Below are positions 35,495 to 45,119 of a stretch of 55,691 nt of DNA, in pieces; the first letter of the stretch is position 1; every line of letters starts with the position of its first letter. Made by a program: the position numbers and the translations under genes. The stretch lies in IMG/VR virus record IMGVR_UViG_3300046747_000409, one strand, 5' to 3'. The notes below the pieces were generated by a model that made no database searches, had not been told where the DNA came from, and saw nothing but the letters and a program-made list of their open reading frames with translations. Origin of the DNA: an uncultured virus (IMG/VR IMGVR_UViG_3300046747_000409). Lineage: Duplodnaviria; Heunggongvirae; Uroviricota; Caudoviricetes.

Positions 35495-36711
35495 CAAGCC
35501 CGCCAATGCGTTGCCGCTGCCTCTCGTTTACGACGCAAATGCACTGAGGTCGGATCACCGTAGAGCGCTCTCATAATGACCGTTTGCTGCTCGTGTGTCC
35601 GGATACATCCACGCCAGCACCCCAGCTTTCCGCAATGGCTCACGTGGAAGTATTTGGCCAGCGTCAGCCCGGGTACGAGCGTTTGGCAGTACGCCTCGAA
35701 CTGGTCAACGATTTTGGCCGTCCCTGAGAGATACGGGGTACCCTCTCCTCGTACGTAAACGCAACCATCACCGTCCACACACCCACGCCAGAAGTCAGCG
35801 CTGAGTAGCGCGACATCAGGAGCACTGGCGGTAGATGTTTTGTTGGGGAGCACGTTCAGATGCATAAGCCGCTGGCACATATATTCAGATGTCGGCTCGT
35901 ACACCACGAAAGGACGCATGATGCCATCCTCCCAATTGGCGGCCTCCCCCTCCTGAATTGCGTGGTTGGATTCGAGCCAATCGCGCAGCTTTTCTAGCAT
36001 CTCGCGATCTTTGGCTGCTAATCGGACGTGAAGGCGATGACTCGGCCTCCCCTCTGCTCGATGAATGCATCCATCAGCGATGATGAACCCGAGAAAGTAC
36101 ATAGCCGTCGCGTCGAGCACGTCGAACGCGGTGGCTCGAATAAAAAAGCGTTGAGGTTTGGCGATGTACTTGCGCTCTGCTTGCTCGCGGAACATCGCGT
36201 CACTGCCCCCATGCGCAGGTCGGTGTAGTCCTTGCTTGGTGAGGGAGTGGGCTACCCCCGGCTGAGACATGCCTATCTGCTTTGAAATAGCGTTCATGCT
36301 GAGGCCGTTCCCGTCAGACCATAGTGCTGCTATTTGAAGGTCTCTCTCGGTAATGACTGGGTTCTTAGGGACGTACACCTCCTTGGGGTTGTGTCCTCCT
36401 GGCGCGCGTGTGCGCAGATTGTGGCGATCAAGGATGTTGTAGATGGTCTTCTTGCAGATGCCGAAGCGTTTCGGTAGGTTGCGCTCCTTGGCGACATACG
36501 CAGCGATGATTTCCTGTTCTTTTTCAGGTGGGGTCTGCGGCTTACCTCCCTTCTTTTTTCGGATCTGAATGCCTGCTCGCCTGAGAACGGATAGCACCGC
36601 ATCTTGATGAGTACCTACACCGGCCGCTATCTCGTCCTGATGCTCGCCGGCGAGATACCTAGTCCGCACTTCAACTTGTTGATCGAGGGAGAGTTTCTGT
36701 TTTCCAGACAT
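35494..36711 (-). CDS. LAGLIDADG homing-endonuclease-like protein with N-terminal HTH repeats
   Basis: YFLGFIIADGCI and FWRGCVDGDGCV motifs, LRRK end; three HTH-like segments (QDEIAAGVG, PKRFGICKKTIYNIL, SMNAISKQIG). Confidence 0.85.
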   Translation of the reverse strand: MSGKQKLSLDQQVEVRTRYLAGEHQDEIAAGVGTHQDAVLSVLRRAGIQIRKKKGGKPQTPPEKEQEIIAAYVAKERNLPKRFGICKKTIYNILDRHNLRTRAPGGHNPKEVYVPKNPVITERDLQIAALWSDGNGLSMNAISKQIGMSQPGVAHSLTKQGLHRPAHGGSDAMFREQAERKYIAKPQRFFIRATAFDVLDATAMYFLGFIIADGCIHRAEGRPSHRLHVRLAAKDREMLEKLRDWLESNHAIQEGEAANWEDGIMRPFVVYEPTSEYMCQRLMHLNVLPNKTSTASAPDVALLSADFWRGCVDGDGCVYVRGEGTPYLSGTAKIVDQFEAYCQTLVPGLTLAKYFHVSHCGKLGCWRGCIRTHEQQTVIMRALYGDPTSVHLRRKREAAATHWRA

Positions 36712-36712
36712 G

Positions 36713-37588
36713 TTATTTTTTCCAGACGAGCACATGCTCGCAAAGAGGTGACGTCGCGAGCGGCCCGCTCAGGTACATGGCCCAGTGGTACGTCAGGGGC
36801 AACCCGAGAATCGATTCAACCAGCGTGATGGCATTTCCGGTGAGCTTTAAATGAGTGCCTCGCCTGAAGACGTCGGCGATGTTGAGCGCGAAGTGGCCGC
36901 CAGGGCGAAGTAGTCGGATGCTATGCTCGATCACAGGGAAGTAGAATCCCGTGCACCACGCATCGTATTCAGGGAAACGGGCGAATGACTGGGAAGGCTC
37001 CTCCGCATAGCGTTCGGTATCGAAATAAGGAGGGCTCGTGAATATGAGATCGAACGAGCTATCCATGGCCGGTAGAACATTCTGTGCCTCGGCGGTAACT
37101 ACGCGATGACGGCTCGTGTCCCCGTACCGCGCAATCAATGTAGCGTATCCAGGGGCGAGTGCGGTGTTGGGATCAATTCCGGTATACGATCGGGCGGAGG
37201 ATCCAGCGATGGCTGCTACCAATCGATCTCCCCACCCTGCGCAAGGGTCGAGGACGTCAGCACCTCCAAGCTCATCCATGATGGAACGAGCAATGGCGGG
37301 ATTGAACTGCGAAAGGAGCCGGGCTGAAAGCCTGTTCACCTCGCCCTCACTTTCAGGGGACACCCCGCCTCGATGCTTGGCACGCTGACGAGGCTCGAAC
37401 TGGAAATAGCCAGACGCCGGGTTGGTGCTAACCAGCGGGGTCAACATCGGCATGACCGTAGAAGGTGCCCCCTCCCCTCCTCGAAAGCGAGGCCGCCCCG
37501 ACATCCAGCACGTCTCCGGAGGTAGGTCACGCAACAAGTCAAAGGCGTCGTCGGCGTCGGCGAGCGTCCAGGGGTTTGGGAGCGTCAT
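36713..37588 (-). CDS. amino (N4-C/N6-A) DNA methyltransferase
   Basis: VLDPCAGWGDRL (motif I), YTGIDPN, FDLIFTSPPYFDTERY (motif IV). Confidence 0.85.
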   Translation of the reverse strand: MTLPNPWTLADADDAFDLLRDLPPETCWMSGRPRFRGGEGAPSTVMPMLTPLVSTNPASGYFQFEPRQRAKHRGGVSPESEGEVNRLSARLLSQFNPAIARSIMDELGGADVLDPCAGWGDRLVAAIAGSSARSYTGIDPNTALAPGYATLIARYGDTSRHRVVTAEAQNVLPAMDSSFDLIFTSPPYFDTERYAEEPSQSFARFPEYDAWCTGFYFPVIEHSIRLLRPGGHFALNIADVFRRGTHLKLTGNAITLVESILGLPLTYHWAMYLSGPLATSPLCEHVLVWKK

Positions 37589-37633
37589 GGACGTACGTTG
37601 ACTGATGCGTACGTCTCTGCAAGAAAAATCTAT

Positions 37634-37663
37634 GAAGGCGAATTGTTCAGGGAAATACTTTAA
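37634..37663 (+). repeat. right copy of the 30-bp repeat (orphan capsid 3' end)
   Basis: GAAGGCGAATTGTTCAGGGAAATACTTTAA = EGELFREIL*; first 15 nt identical, later changes mostly synonymous. Confidence 0.85.
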
Positions 37664-37700
37664 CAGGGTACTGAGCGCCGAGCACGTCTAGCTCTCATCC

Positions 37701-37716
37701 TCGGAGAGGGTACCAT
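37701..37716 (+). promoter_or_regulatory. late promoter-like motif (copy 3)
   Basis: TCGGAGAGGGTACCAT upstream of 37779. Confidence 0.6.
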
Positions 37717-37778
37717 GGCGACTGTCAATTGTCCTCCCTAATGGTGAACCCACCAACGGCCACAGGCCGGAGACACCG

Positions 37779-38384
37779 ATGAACATGCGCAATCCCGACC
37801 CACGAGCCCAACGTGGTGGTAGTTACTTCCAAAACGGAGTTCGTCCTCCTCAGACCTTCCTGCCGCTGGGTCACCTCGGCGCTGAAGTCGCCCCTGGTTC
37901 GGACGGTGCCGCTGAACAGCAGGCCATGTTCGGTCTGCCCCCACAGGACTTCATCAACGCCCTGTACGACATCTTCGGCAAGTACCCACGCACCAACACG
38001 ATTCCCTACGCCAACGGCTTCACGCTGGCCGGTGCCACGGGTCCGACTCCGCAGCTGGGCGCCAACGCCACGGGCCGCCCATCGGTCAAGACCTCGGCCG
38101 ACGCAGCGCACATCATCACGCACATCACCGGCGCCTCGACCGGGCCGTACTCGATCTTCATGCGCAGCGACTCCTCGGATCGCCAATACATGACCATCCC
38201 GGTACACAGCGACGCGATGGTGGGCACGGCTGAACGGCCGTTCCCGTTGCCGAAGCCGATGTTGCTCGCCCCGAACACCACGCTGAGCTTCGACCTGACC
38301 GACCTCTCGGGTCAGGTGAACGACGTGTGGTTCACGCTGTGGGGCTTCAAGGTCTACCGCCGCCAGTACGCCGCCGCCGGTTAA
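37779..38384 (+). CDS. second putative single jelly-roll capsid protein
   Basis: Beta-rich; SADAAHII, SSDRQYM..PV, GTAERPFPLPKP, TLSFDLTDL, FTLWGFK; adjacent to the first capsid-like gene once the insert is removed. Confidence 0.55.
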   Translation: MNMRNPDPRAQRGGSYFQNGVRPPQTFLPLGHLGAEVAPGSDGAAEQQAMFGLPPQDFINALYDIFGKYPRTNTIPYANGFTLAGATGPTPQLGANATGRPSVKTSADAAHIITHITGASTGPYSIFMRSDSSDRQYMTIPVHSDAMVGTAERPFPLPKPMLLAPNTTLSFDLTDLSGQVNDVWFTLWGFKVYRRQYAAAG

Positions 38385-38449
38385 TTCCGAGGCGATCACC
38401 CCGGCGTGCCTCGACATGAGTGCACGCCGGGCTACTCTGGGGGAACTCC

Positions 38450-39037
38450 ATGGCTCAGCGTCATCTGCCACAGCGGACTCAACCGCCCTACATGTTGACG
38501 GGCTCTAAGGAGCTCCGTGACAGTATTCCATCGGCCGAGCGGTCGATGGCCGCCGAACTCATTCGTCAGGTTCGCCAGACGTCGATCACCGCTGCGCAAC
38601 CCGCACATGTGCGTCCGACGGTATGGAGCGACTCGGTGGATCTGACCACGACGATCTCGGTGCCTGCTATCGTGGGTGCCTACGTGGCCGCAGTCGAGTT
38701 CACGGTGCCTGAAGGGCGCGGCTGCCGCATCGAGCAGTATGGCGTCGACGTGAAAGACCCCGCGTACACATACGACGGTTCGATCCTGTGGGCATTCAAG
38801 AAGAATCACACGCAGTTCCTCGACCAGGGGCTCAGCAACTGGGGAGAGCAGAAGGGCTCGATCGTTTTCCCTCGCAAGACCGTGATCATCTTGGACGAAG
38901 GCGACACCCTGCAGATGCTCGTTCGTCGGGCCGTGCTCGCCGGCGCCCCGCAGAACGTGGCGATGGGCTTCCGTGGCTGGATCTGGCGCAAGCGCAACAA
39001 CCTCACGGGGACGCAATCGTCCGTTACGGCATACTGA
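38450..39037 (+). CDS. putative jelly-roll structural (penton/minor capsid) protein
   Basis: EFTVPEGR, IILDEGDTLQMLV, final strand FRGWIW. Confidence 0.5.
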   Translation: MAQRHLPQRTQPPYMLTGSKELRDSIPSAERSMAAELIRQVRQTSITAAQPAHVRPTVWSDSVDLTTTISVPAIVGAYVAAVEFTVPEGRGCRIEQYGVDVKDPAYTYDGSILWAFKKNHTQFLDQGLSNWGEQKGSIVFPRKTVIILDEGDTLQMLVRRAVLAGAPQNVAMGFRGWIWRKRNNLTGTQSSVTAY

Positions 39038-39039
39038 TC

Positions 39040-39606
39040 ATGGCGGTCGCTCGCGCGGTCGTCACCGGTGCGCTCACGATGGTCGCGCAGATGGGCTCGA
39101 TCCCACTGCGCGAGGAAGGCATCGCTCGGCCTCCGTTCGGCGCGTACACCCTGACCAGGACCAAGACCCGGATCATCCCTGCTGGGCAGGCGTGGATCGA
39201 CTACGTGGTCATCCAGATGGGCGAGGGGGAAGCACCAAGTGGCTACGCGGCACGTATCGCCGGCTTCGTCGCCTCGGGATTGCTCGATCCAGCCACGACC
39301 GGGATCGAGTACCGCTTCCTCATCAACAACTACCAGCAGATGAGCCCGCAGGAGTTCGTCCTGGCCGCCGGTGTTGATTTGAACGTCGATCACCTCGCAG
39401 CGCAGCCTTTTCCCTCGCAGCCCCGCAAGGTCATGATGCAGCTGCAGAACGACCAGCGGCTGGCGCTCCAGGTGCGCAACACCGGTGGCGTCGATGCGGT
39501 GGCCCTGGGCGCGATCTACGGCTGGTACTACCCGAACCTCGGCGACATGCCGCGCGATGCGCAGGAGTCGACCGGCTTCCGACAGGATGATTCCGCCAGT
39601 GTCTGA
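39040..39606 (+). CDS. putative jelly-roll structural protein
   Basis: APSGYAARI, LQNDQRLALQVRN, IYGWYYP; same layout as its neighbours. Confidence 0.5.
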   Translation: MAVARAVVTGALTMVAQMGSIPLREEGIARPPFGAYTLTRTKTRIIPAGQAWIDYVVIQMGEGEAPSGYAARIAGFVASGLLDPATTGIEYRFLINNYQQMSPQEFVLAAGVDLNVDHLAAQPFPSQPRKVMMQLQNDQRLALQVRNTGGVDAVALGAIYGWYYPNLGDMPRDAQESTGFRQDDSASV

Positions 39607-40366
39607 TCATCGCGACATCCTGGCTCACGTACGTCGCCAACAGCTGCAGGGCCGCGGCGTGACCGTCGACAAGGGCTATTGGAGCGGTCCCGCGCCGACC
39701 CCCGTCCGCAAGCACATGTCGGTCAACAACGACCGTCCGGTGTCGCTCATTTCGGTCGAGCAGAAGCAGCCCACCAGCACCGGTGCCCAGCAGTCGGTCT
39801 GGTTCAACACCAACTGCCCGCCCTGGGTGTGCCCGAGCTACTGGTCGTTCCCGCTCGACGCGCCGCTGACGAATTGCATCCCGTGGTACCTCGTGGACAC
39901 CGATGTTGGCAGCATCCGCGTTCCCGACACGTGGCTGTACATCATCAAGGGCATCAGCTACGAAGCGCTCAACGGCGTGCAGGGGGACGTGTTCACGTTC
40001 CGCATGACCGTGAACGGTGCTCGGGTGGCTGAATGGGAGGACATCGTCGCCGATGCCGCCCAACCCAACCCGGCGTACAAGTTCGGCATCGCGGGGCACC
40101 CTCGGCCGCTGCCGGTGCACATCATTTGCCCGCAGAGCTCGGACATCAAGGTCACCAGCACCTTGGTCGGGCCTTTGACGCTGTCGGGCGTTACACCACG
40201 CTTCTCCGGCGAGCCAATCACGAGTCCCACCTGCCAAGTGAAGGTGCTGCTGAACGGCTGGGCCATGCCAGCGCGCGAGAACATCCGCTCGGGTGCCCGT
40301 CCGACCGATCTCGGCGACTTTGGCAACTTGCCTTTGATGGACGACCTGGGAGGGTGGCAGTCATGA
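39587..40366 (+). CDS. putative jelly-roll structural protein
   Basis: IRVPDTWLYIIKGI, ICPQSSDIKV, LNGWAMP. Confidence 0.5.
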   Translation: MIPPVSDHRDILAHVRRQQLQGRGVTVDKGYWSGPAPTPVRKHMSVNNDRPVSLISVEQKQPTSTGAQQSVWFNTNCPPWVCPSYWSFPLDAPLTNCIPWYLVDTDVGSIRVPDTWLYIIKGISYEALNGVQGDVFTFRMTVNGARVAEWEDIVADAAQPNPAYKFGIAGHPRPLPVHIICPQSSDIKVTSTLVGPLTLSGVTPRFSGEPITSPTCQVKVLLNGWAMPARENIRSGARPTDLGDFGNLPLMDDLGGWQS

Positions 40367-40755
40367 GTCAAAACCCACCAGTCGTGAATGGACCCAGATC
40401 CGTACATCGGTTGAGTGCCATCCTCGGCATTCAGCTTGGCCTGCAGGCGGTCACCGGGCAGATCCCGCCCGTCGACAAAGCTATGGCGATCTTGGAGGCG
40501 AGTGCGTCCAACAAGATCACCAAGCCGGTGGACTTCCCGCTGGAGCTGGTGGACACCTTGGCAATGCAAGTGTCGGCCGAGCGCGCCGCCATGGCCCTGC
40601 GCATCCTGGAGACGCTGCTGCATCATGCCGGTATATCCACCGATCTGACGCAGGTGCAGCTCGACGGGCTCGTAACCAAGGCATGGTCGACCGTGGCCAG
40701 CATGGAGAGCGAGCGCTCTACCGCCGCACTCCTGTCGTCGGTGAGCTCGCATTGA
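40363..40755 (+). CDS. hypothetical helical protein
   Basis: ATGA-coupled 130-aa ORF. Confidence 0.6.
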   Translation: MSQNPPVVNGPRSVHRLSAILGIQLGLQAVTGQIPPVDKAMAILEASASNKITKPVDFPLELVDTLAMQVSAERAAMALRILETLLHHAGISTDLTQVQLDGLVTKAWSTVASMESERSTAALLSSVSSH

Positions 40756-40756
40756 T

Positions 40757-42385
40757 ATGGCCGTCACGTACAACGTCGCCACCATCACCGCGCCCTTTTC
40801 CACAGGGGCGCAAGGCCTCGTTGACGCGATCACGATCTGGCTGACGAGCATCGGTGCCACCACCCTGGTCTCGATGGACGTGTGGCGTGAAGACAGCCCC
40901 ACGTACGCCGGCGTGCAGCGGGCGCGGATCTGCTATGCCACCGGACGCGTGGATGCGGTGAACTACCAGTGCACGTTGTTCCGCTCCGGGGGCGCTGCAG
41001 CGGCCACCGCCGGGATCGACGCGGCGCAGCAGTTCAACACCTTGATGGCCACCCCGGCGGCGCTCGTCCCGGTGTTCACGTTCGACGTGACGGACCTGCG
41101 CGGATCGGCTAGCGGCCTGACCTTCATCGGCATGCTGGCGAACGTCACCAGCGCCTCGTCGATCGGCATGAGTGCGCTCATCGCCGAACCGACCACCCCC
41201 ATCGCCCCGGGCGCGAGCGGTGCGTCGACCTTCTACTCCCCTTCAGGTGTGGCGCTGTTCAGTGGCACCATCACGAACCTTGCTGCCGACGACTGGCCCG
41301 AAGGGCAACGCAACTACGCCGTGATCGACACGGTCACCGGCGGATGGATCGGACTTGCCTCCTGCTGCTCGGACGATCTGACGCCGCTGGTGCCCCCGAC
41401 GCTGACGACCACGACTGGGTTTAACGGACCGGCCTACGTCTCGCAGACACCCCCGATCATCCCCGGTGCGCCGACCACGACGACGAACTCGTCTACGACC
41501 ACCACGACCCCGCCACCAAACCCACTGTGCAACGGCCTGGATGTGTGTATCGACGGGCGGACCCCGCAGCTGGGGACCATCGTCCGGGACAACCAAAGGC
41601 TGTTGGAGTACAACAGCTGGTCGTCATTCGCAGCATTTGAAGGTCACGCGGGACTGACCATTACCCAATTCGTGACGTACTGCGCAACGGCCTGCATGAC
41701 GGTAGGGGACGACGTCTGGGCGTGCGCATCCGGGTTGTCCGCTGCTGACCGAGAAGTGATCGCGACAATCAGCGGATATGACTGTGACAATGTCCTCGTG
41801 AGCACGCAGTCTGAAGTACTCCTCACGGTCACCGGTCCGGAGACGATCTGTGGTAAGGTAACGTTCGACCCTCCGGGTGCCCCCGCGGCCCATTACACCC
41901 CCAAGATCACGGTGTCGGCCGCGCTCGCGGCCTGCTTCCCTGAGATTGAGACCGTTGCCTTGTGCATGGATGCCGTAGCAATCTCACTCACCGATTCGAC
42001 GGGTTGCTCATACTGCGCTTCCGGCGGCGGGGTCGGGAACTCATTCTTCATGGCAGGACTCCCTGCTCCGTTCGCAGACCCAACGGCGCTCAACTTCGGC
42101 GGAGTAACTCCGGTGGATGACGGCTGTGCGGTCACGTGGTCCGCATCCGAGGGCGGCGCAACGGTGACCCTTGTTATCACCCTCGATGTCACCGGTGTCG
42201 TGCTGTCCACCATACTGACCTCGGATGACGGCGTGGGTGGCATCTGTTCTTGGGAACCCAGCACTCCACCGGTCGGCCCATCGTACAATGGTATCGCGTG
42301 GCAGGTAACCGAATCAGGAGAGGCTATCGTCTTCGATACCCTTCTCACAGGGACGTGCCCTGAAGTCCCCTCCTTGGTGGGATAG
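40757..42385 (+). CDS. putative spike protein 1: shared N-domain, WP.G..CC, Thr/Pro linker, Cys-rich head
   Basis: CYATG, DWPEG, SCC, TTTTNSSTTTTTPPP. Confidence 0.6.
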   Translation: MAVTYNVATITAPFSTGAQGLVDAITIWLTSIGATTLVSMDVWREDSPTYAGVQRARICYATGRVDAVNYQCTLFRSGGAAAATAGIDAAQQFNTLMATPAALVPVFTFDVTDLRGSASGLTFIGMLANVTSASSIGMSALIAEPTTPIAPGASGASTFYSPSGVALFSGTITNLAADDWPEGQRNYAVIDTVTGGWIGLASCCSDDLTPLVPPTLTTTTGFNGPAYVSQTPPIIPGAPTTTTNSSTTTTTPPPNPLCNGLDVCIDGRTPQLGTIVRDNQRLLEYNSWSSFAAFEGHAGLTITQFVTYCATACMTVGDDVWACASGLSAADREVIATISGYDCDNVLVSTQSEVLLTVTGPETICGKVTFDPPGAPAAHYTPKITVSAALAACFPEIETVALCMDAVAISLTDSTGCSYCASGGGVGNSFFMAGLPAPFADPTALNFGGVTPVDDGCAVTWSASEGGATVTLVITLDVTGVVLSTILTSDDGVGGICSWEPSTPPVGPSYNGIAWQVTESGEAIVFDTLLTGTCPEVPSLVG

Positions 42386-42396
42386 GTGCACCACTC

Positions 42397-43497
42397 ATGA
42401 TCACCACCCTCTACACTCAGAATCAGAACGAGAGCCCACTCAGCTTCGCGCAGCGGATCGATGCAGCGTTGTTCCTGCTCGGCCCTATTGGCATCTCGCA
42501 GATCCTGATGCAGCACCGCGACGGGTCGAACGGCAGCGGCCTGCTCTACCTGACGATCATCTACGCCACTGGGGCCGGGATTTCGTTGCGCTCGGTGGCC
42601 TTCCTCGGTACCGCGCTCTCGACCGCGACGACCCAAGCGAACGCCTTCCTGGCCGCCAACCCGACGTACGTCCCGCAGCGCATCTTCGACATCGGCAGCC
42701 AGAACCGTCGCTCCTTGGCACGGGACGTGGTCATGCTGCTCTACGTCGACAGCAGCCTGCCGTCGTGTCAGTCATTCAACGGCTTGATCCCGGTGCAGTC
42801 GCTCACCGACATCGCTGCCGGTGCTGCCGGGCAAGCGTGGCAGTTGACGGCGGACGGCAACAAGGGCCCGTATCCGGTCATCAACAAGCAGCAAGGCAAC
42901 TGGCCTGCAGGAGGCACGGGGTGGGCATTTGCTGATCCGCTGACGTGCGTGCTGAACGGCTACCCGAGCTGCTGTGCCGGTGTTCCTGCGACTACGTCGT
43001 CCACGTCGTCTACGACCTCGACCACGACCACATCAACGAGTAGCACCAGCACGACTACGACAACCAGCTCAAGTACAACGACAACGCCTCCTCCGGGGGC
43101 CTGCCCGCAATGTGTCACTCCTGAGATCATCCCAGGCTCGGTGACAGTCGATTTTGGGTCTACGTTCTTGGTCTCCAACGGCGGCATCCCCGCATGTAAC
43201 GCCCCCTCGTGGAGCCCGGGAACGCTCGTACTCTCGATCACTGGAACAGGCACTAGTTGTCTGTTCCAGTTCGGTACCCAAGGCGACAACCAGAAGTACG
43301 CCTTCCTGATTTGGGACGGCAGTACTTGGGTTGTCGCCGTCTTCACGGCCGGCGTCCCACAACCAGACACCACCATCTACGCGGTGTGGACCGGACCAAG
43401 CACACCCTGTGATCCACGCGGAGAATACACCTCTCCGACCACACCTTCCGCTTGCGATGGCGGGTCGACGCCAGCGGCGACGGTCACGGTATCGTAA
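42397..43497 (+). CDS. putative spike protein 2 with Thr/Ser stalk
   Basis: IYATG, AFLAANP, NWPAG, SCC, ~32-residue T/S run, Cys-rich head. Confidence 0.6.
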   Translation: MITTLYTQNQNESPLSFAQRIDAALFLLGPIGISQILMQHRDGSNGSGLLYLTIIYATGAGISLRSVAFLGTALSTATTQANAFLAANPTYVPQRIFDIGSQNRRSLARDVVMLLYVDSSLPSCQSFNGLIPVQSLTDIAAGAAGQAWQLTADGNKGPYPVINKQQGNWPAGGTGWAFADPLTCVLNGYPSCCAGVPATTSSTSSTTSTTTTSTSSTSTTTTTSSSTTTTPPPGACPQCVTPEIIPGSVTVDFGSTFLVSNGGIPACNAPSWSPGTLVLSITGTGTSCLFQFGTQGDNQKYAFLIWDGSTWVVAVFTAGVPQPDTTIYAVWTGPSTPCDPRGEYTSPTTPSACDGGSTPAATVTVS

Positions 43498-43502
43498 CCA
43501 CC

Positions 43503-45065
43503 ATGTACCTCGCCACCTCCTTCCAGTTCCGCTCTGACATCCAAGGCGACGGCACCGTCGTTGCTTCTCGTCTGAACACCTTCTTGCTGTACAACCCCAC
43601 GGTGACTCCGGTGGCGTTCATCCCGCACTGGCGTGAAGGAACCAAAGGAGCACGCACCCTCATCGGCACGCTGATCTATCAGCTCGGTGGTCCGCTGACG
43701 CGCTGGTGGGTCCAGGAGTTCGCATCGAACGCCCTCACACCCGAGGATCAGATCACGGCGTACCTCGCGGCCAATCCCACGTCAGTGCCCGCGCTGATCC
43801 AGGAGATCGGTAACCGCGATTCCAACCCGCAGTGGCGTCGCCTCGTGCTCTTCACCGCCTCGACCAGCTTCATCGGCCAGGGCGCGGAGTCGGCGGCGAT
43901 CAACGGCGCTCCGGATGCCCCGGTCGACATCGGCGACTACGGCACGATGTCCGATCCGGATGACAGCAACCGGCCGCCCGTCGACGCGCTCAATCTCGGC
44001 AACACGCAATGGCCGGTGGGCGCCACCGCCCCGATCATTCAGCAGGTGCTCAACGACCAGAACCTGAACGCCTTGGCGGGCATCGCCCCGTGCTGCTTCG
44101 GTGGTGCGCTTACACCGGCCGAGCCTCTGGATGTCCTGCTCTTCAGCGGCTGCATTCCAGGCTCGATCGTGGCGACGACGGACACGACCACCTCGTCGAC
44201 GTCCACCACCACGACGCAGACGTTCACGACCACCACGTCGACCAGTACGTCATCGACCTCCTCTACGTCCTCGACGTCGACCACGAGCACGACGAGTACG
44301 ACCACCACGTCGACCTCCACGACCACAACCACGAGCTCCACGACCACGACCACGTCGACCACGTCGACCAGCACATCCACGACCACGAGCACAACGACGT
44401 CTACGACCACGACGACCTCAAGCACGACCACGACCACCGCCGGGCTGTGCGACATGTACGGGTTCACGGCGGAGTGGAATTGCGATACCGAGGACTGGGA
44501 CGTGGCGCTCGCCGGTCTGCCCGCTATCGGCGTCCCGTGTGGCAGCAACACCGGATGGGGTGAACTCATTGGCCCATGCCTGCTGCAGAACCACATCTAC
44601 GTTCCGACCGGAGATCCGGAGCCTGATCCGGGCACGCCGATCGGCTTCGACACTAGCACGTGCTGCGCCATTGATCCGTGCACCGAGGGTCCGGACACAC
44701 TCACGCAGACCACGGTCGTCAGCGGGGGCATCGATTGCCCTACCGGGTGTGACTCGATCACCATTCTCAAGAAGACGGCGTCAACGGCCACGACGGTCAC
44801 GTACTCGATCATCTACATCGCCAACAACAATCCTGACGCCTGCATGTTCTGCGGTCCTGATGGCGTGCTCTACGATGACCCGACCAACACCGCAGCAAGC
44901 TGGATCTGGGACTGTGACGTGGGCGCGTGGACGACCGGCGGCTGGTCTAAGCTCAACACGTCTACGTGCCTCGGTGAGCTCACGTTCTTCACGGGCACCA
45001 CATCACTCTCTACGGGCGTCTGCGGTTATCCGTTCGACGAGACTCAAACGATTACGGTGTCGTGA
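43503..45065 (+). CDS. putative spike protein 3 with long Thr/Ser stalk
   Basis: AYLAANP, QWPVG, PCC, ~88-residue almost pure T/S run, Cys-rich head. Confidence 0.6.
   Translation: MYLATSFQFRSDIQGDGTVVASRLNTFLLYNPTVTPVAFIPHWREGTKGARTLIGTLIYQLGGPLTRWWVQEFASNALTPEDQITAYLAANPTSVPALIQEIGNRDSNPQWRRLVLFTASTSFIGQGAESAAINGAPDAPVDIGDYGTMSDPDDSNRPPVDALNLGNTQWPVGATAPIIQQVLNDQNLNALAGIAPCCFGGALTPAEPLDVLLFSGCIPGSIVATTDTTTSSTSTTTTQTFTTTTSTSTSSTSSTSSTSTTSTTSTTTTSTSTTTTTSSTTTTTSTTSTSTSTTTSTTTSTTTTTSSTTTTTAGLCDMYGFTAEWNCDTEDWDVALAGLPAIGVPCGSNTGWGELIGPCLLQNHIYVPTGDPEPDPGTPIGFDTSTCCAIDPCTEGPDTLTQTTVVSGGIDCPTGCDSITILKKTASTATTVTYSIIYIANNNPDACMFCGPDGVLYDDPTNTAASWIWDCDVGAWTTGGWSKLNTSTCLGELTFFTGTTSLSTGVCGYPFDETQTITVS
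44172..44438 (+). repeat. low-complexity Thr/Ser coding tract
   Basis: Mixed ACC/ACG/TCG/AGC codons. Confidence 0.9.
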
Positions 45066-45119
45066 GTCAAATCTCGGCCGGACGGTATTGACTCGCGCTC
45101 ACGAGTGCTACCGTCCGGC

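Larger units (their letters stand above)
35429..37663 (-). mobile_element. inserted MTase + LAGLIDADG cassette
   Basis: Only minus-strand genes in the window, weaker GC3 bias, bounded by a duplicated capsid 3' end. Confidence 0.7.

Noticed and set aside
35494..36711. LAGLIDADG ORF as part of a group I intron or intein
   Set aside because: It is antisense to the flanking genes, the capsid ORF is complete with its own stop and terminator, and no intein C/HN termini are present
37715..37741. 8-codon ORF MATVNCPP as a leader peptide
   Set aside because: Its ATG is part of the TACCAT promoter-like hexamer, so it is probably not transcribed
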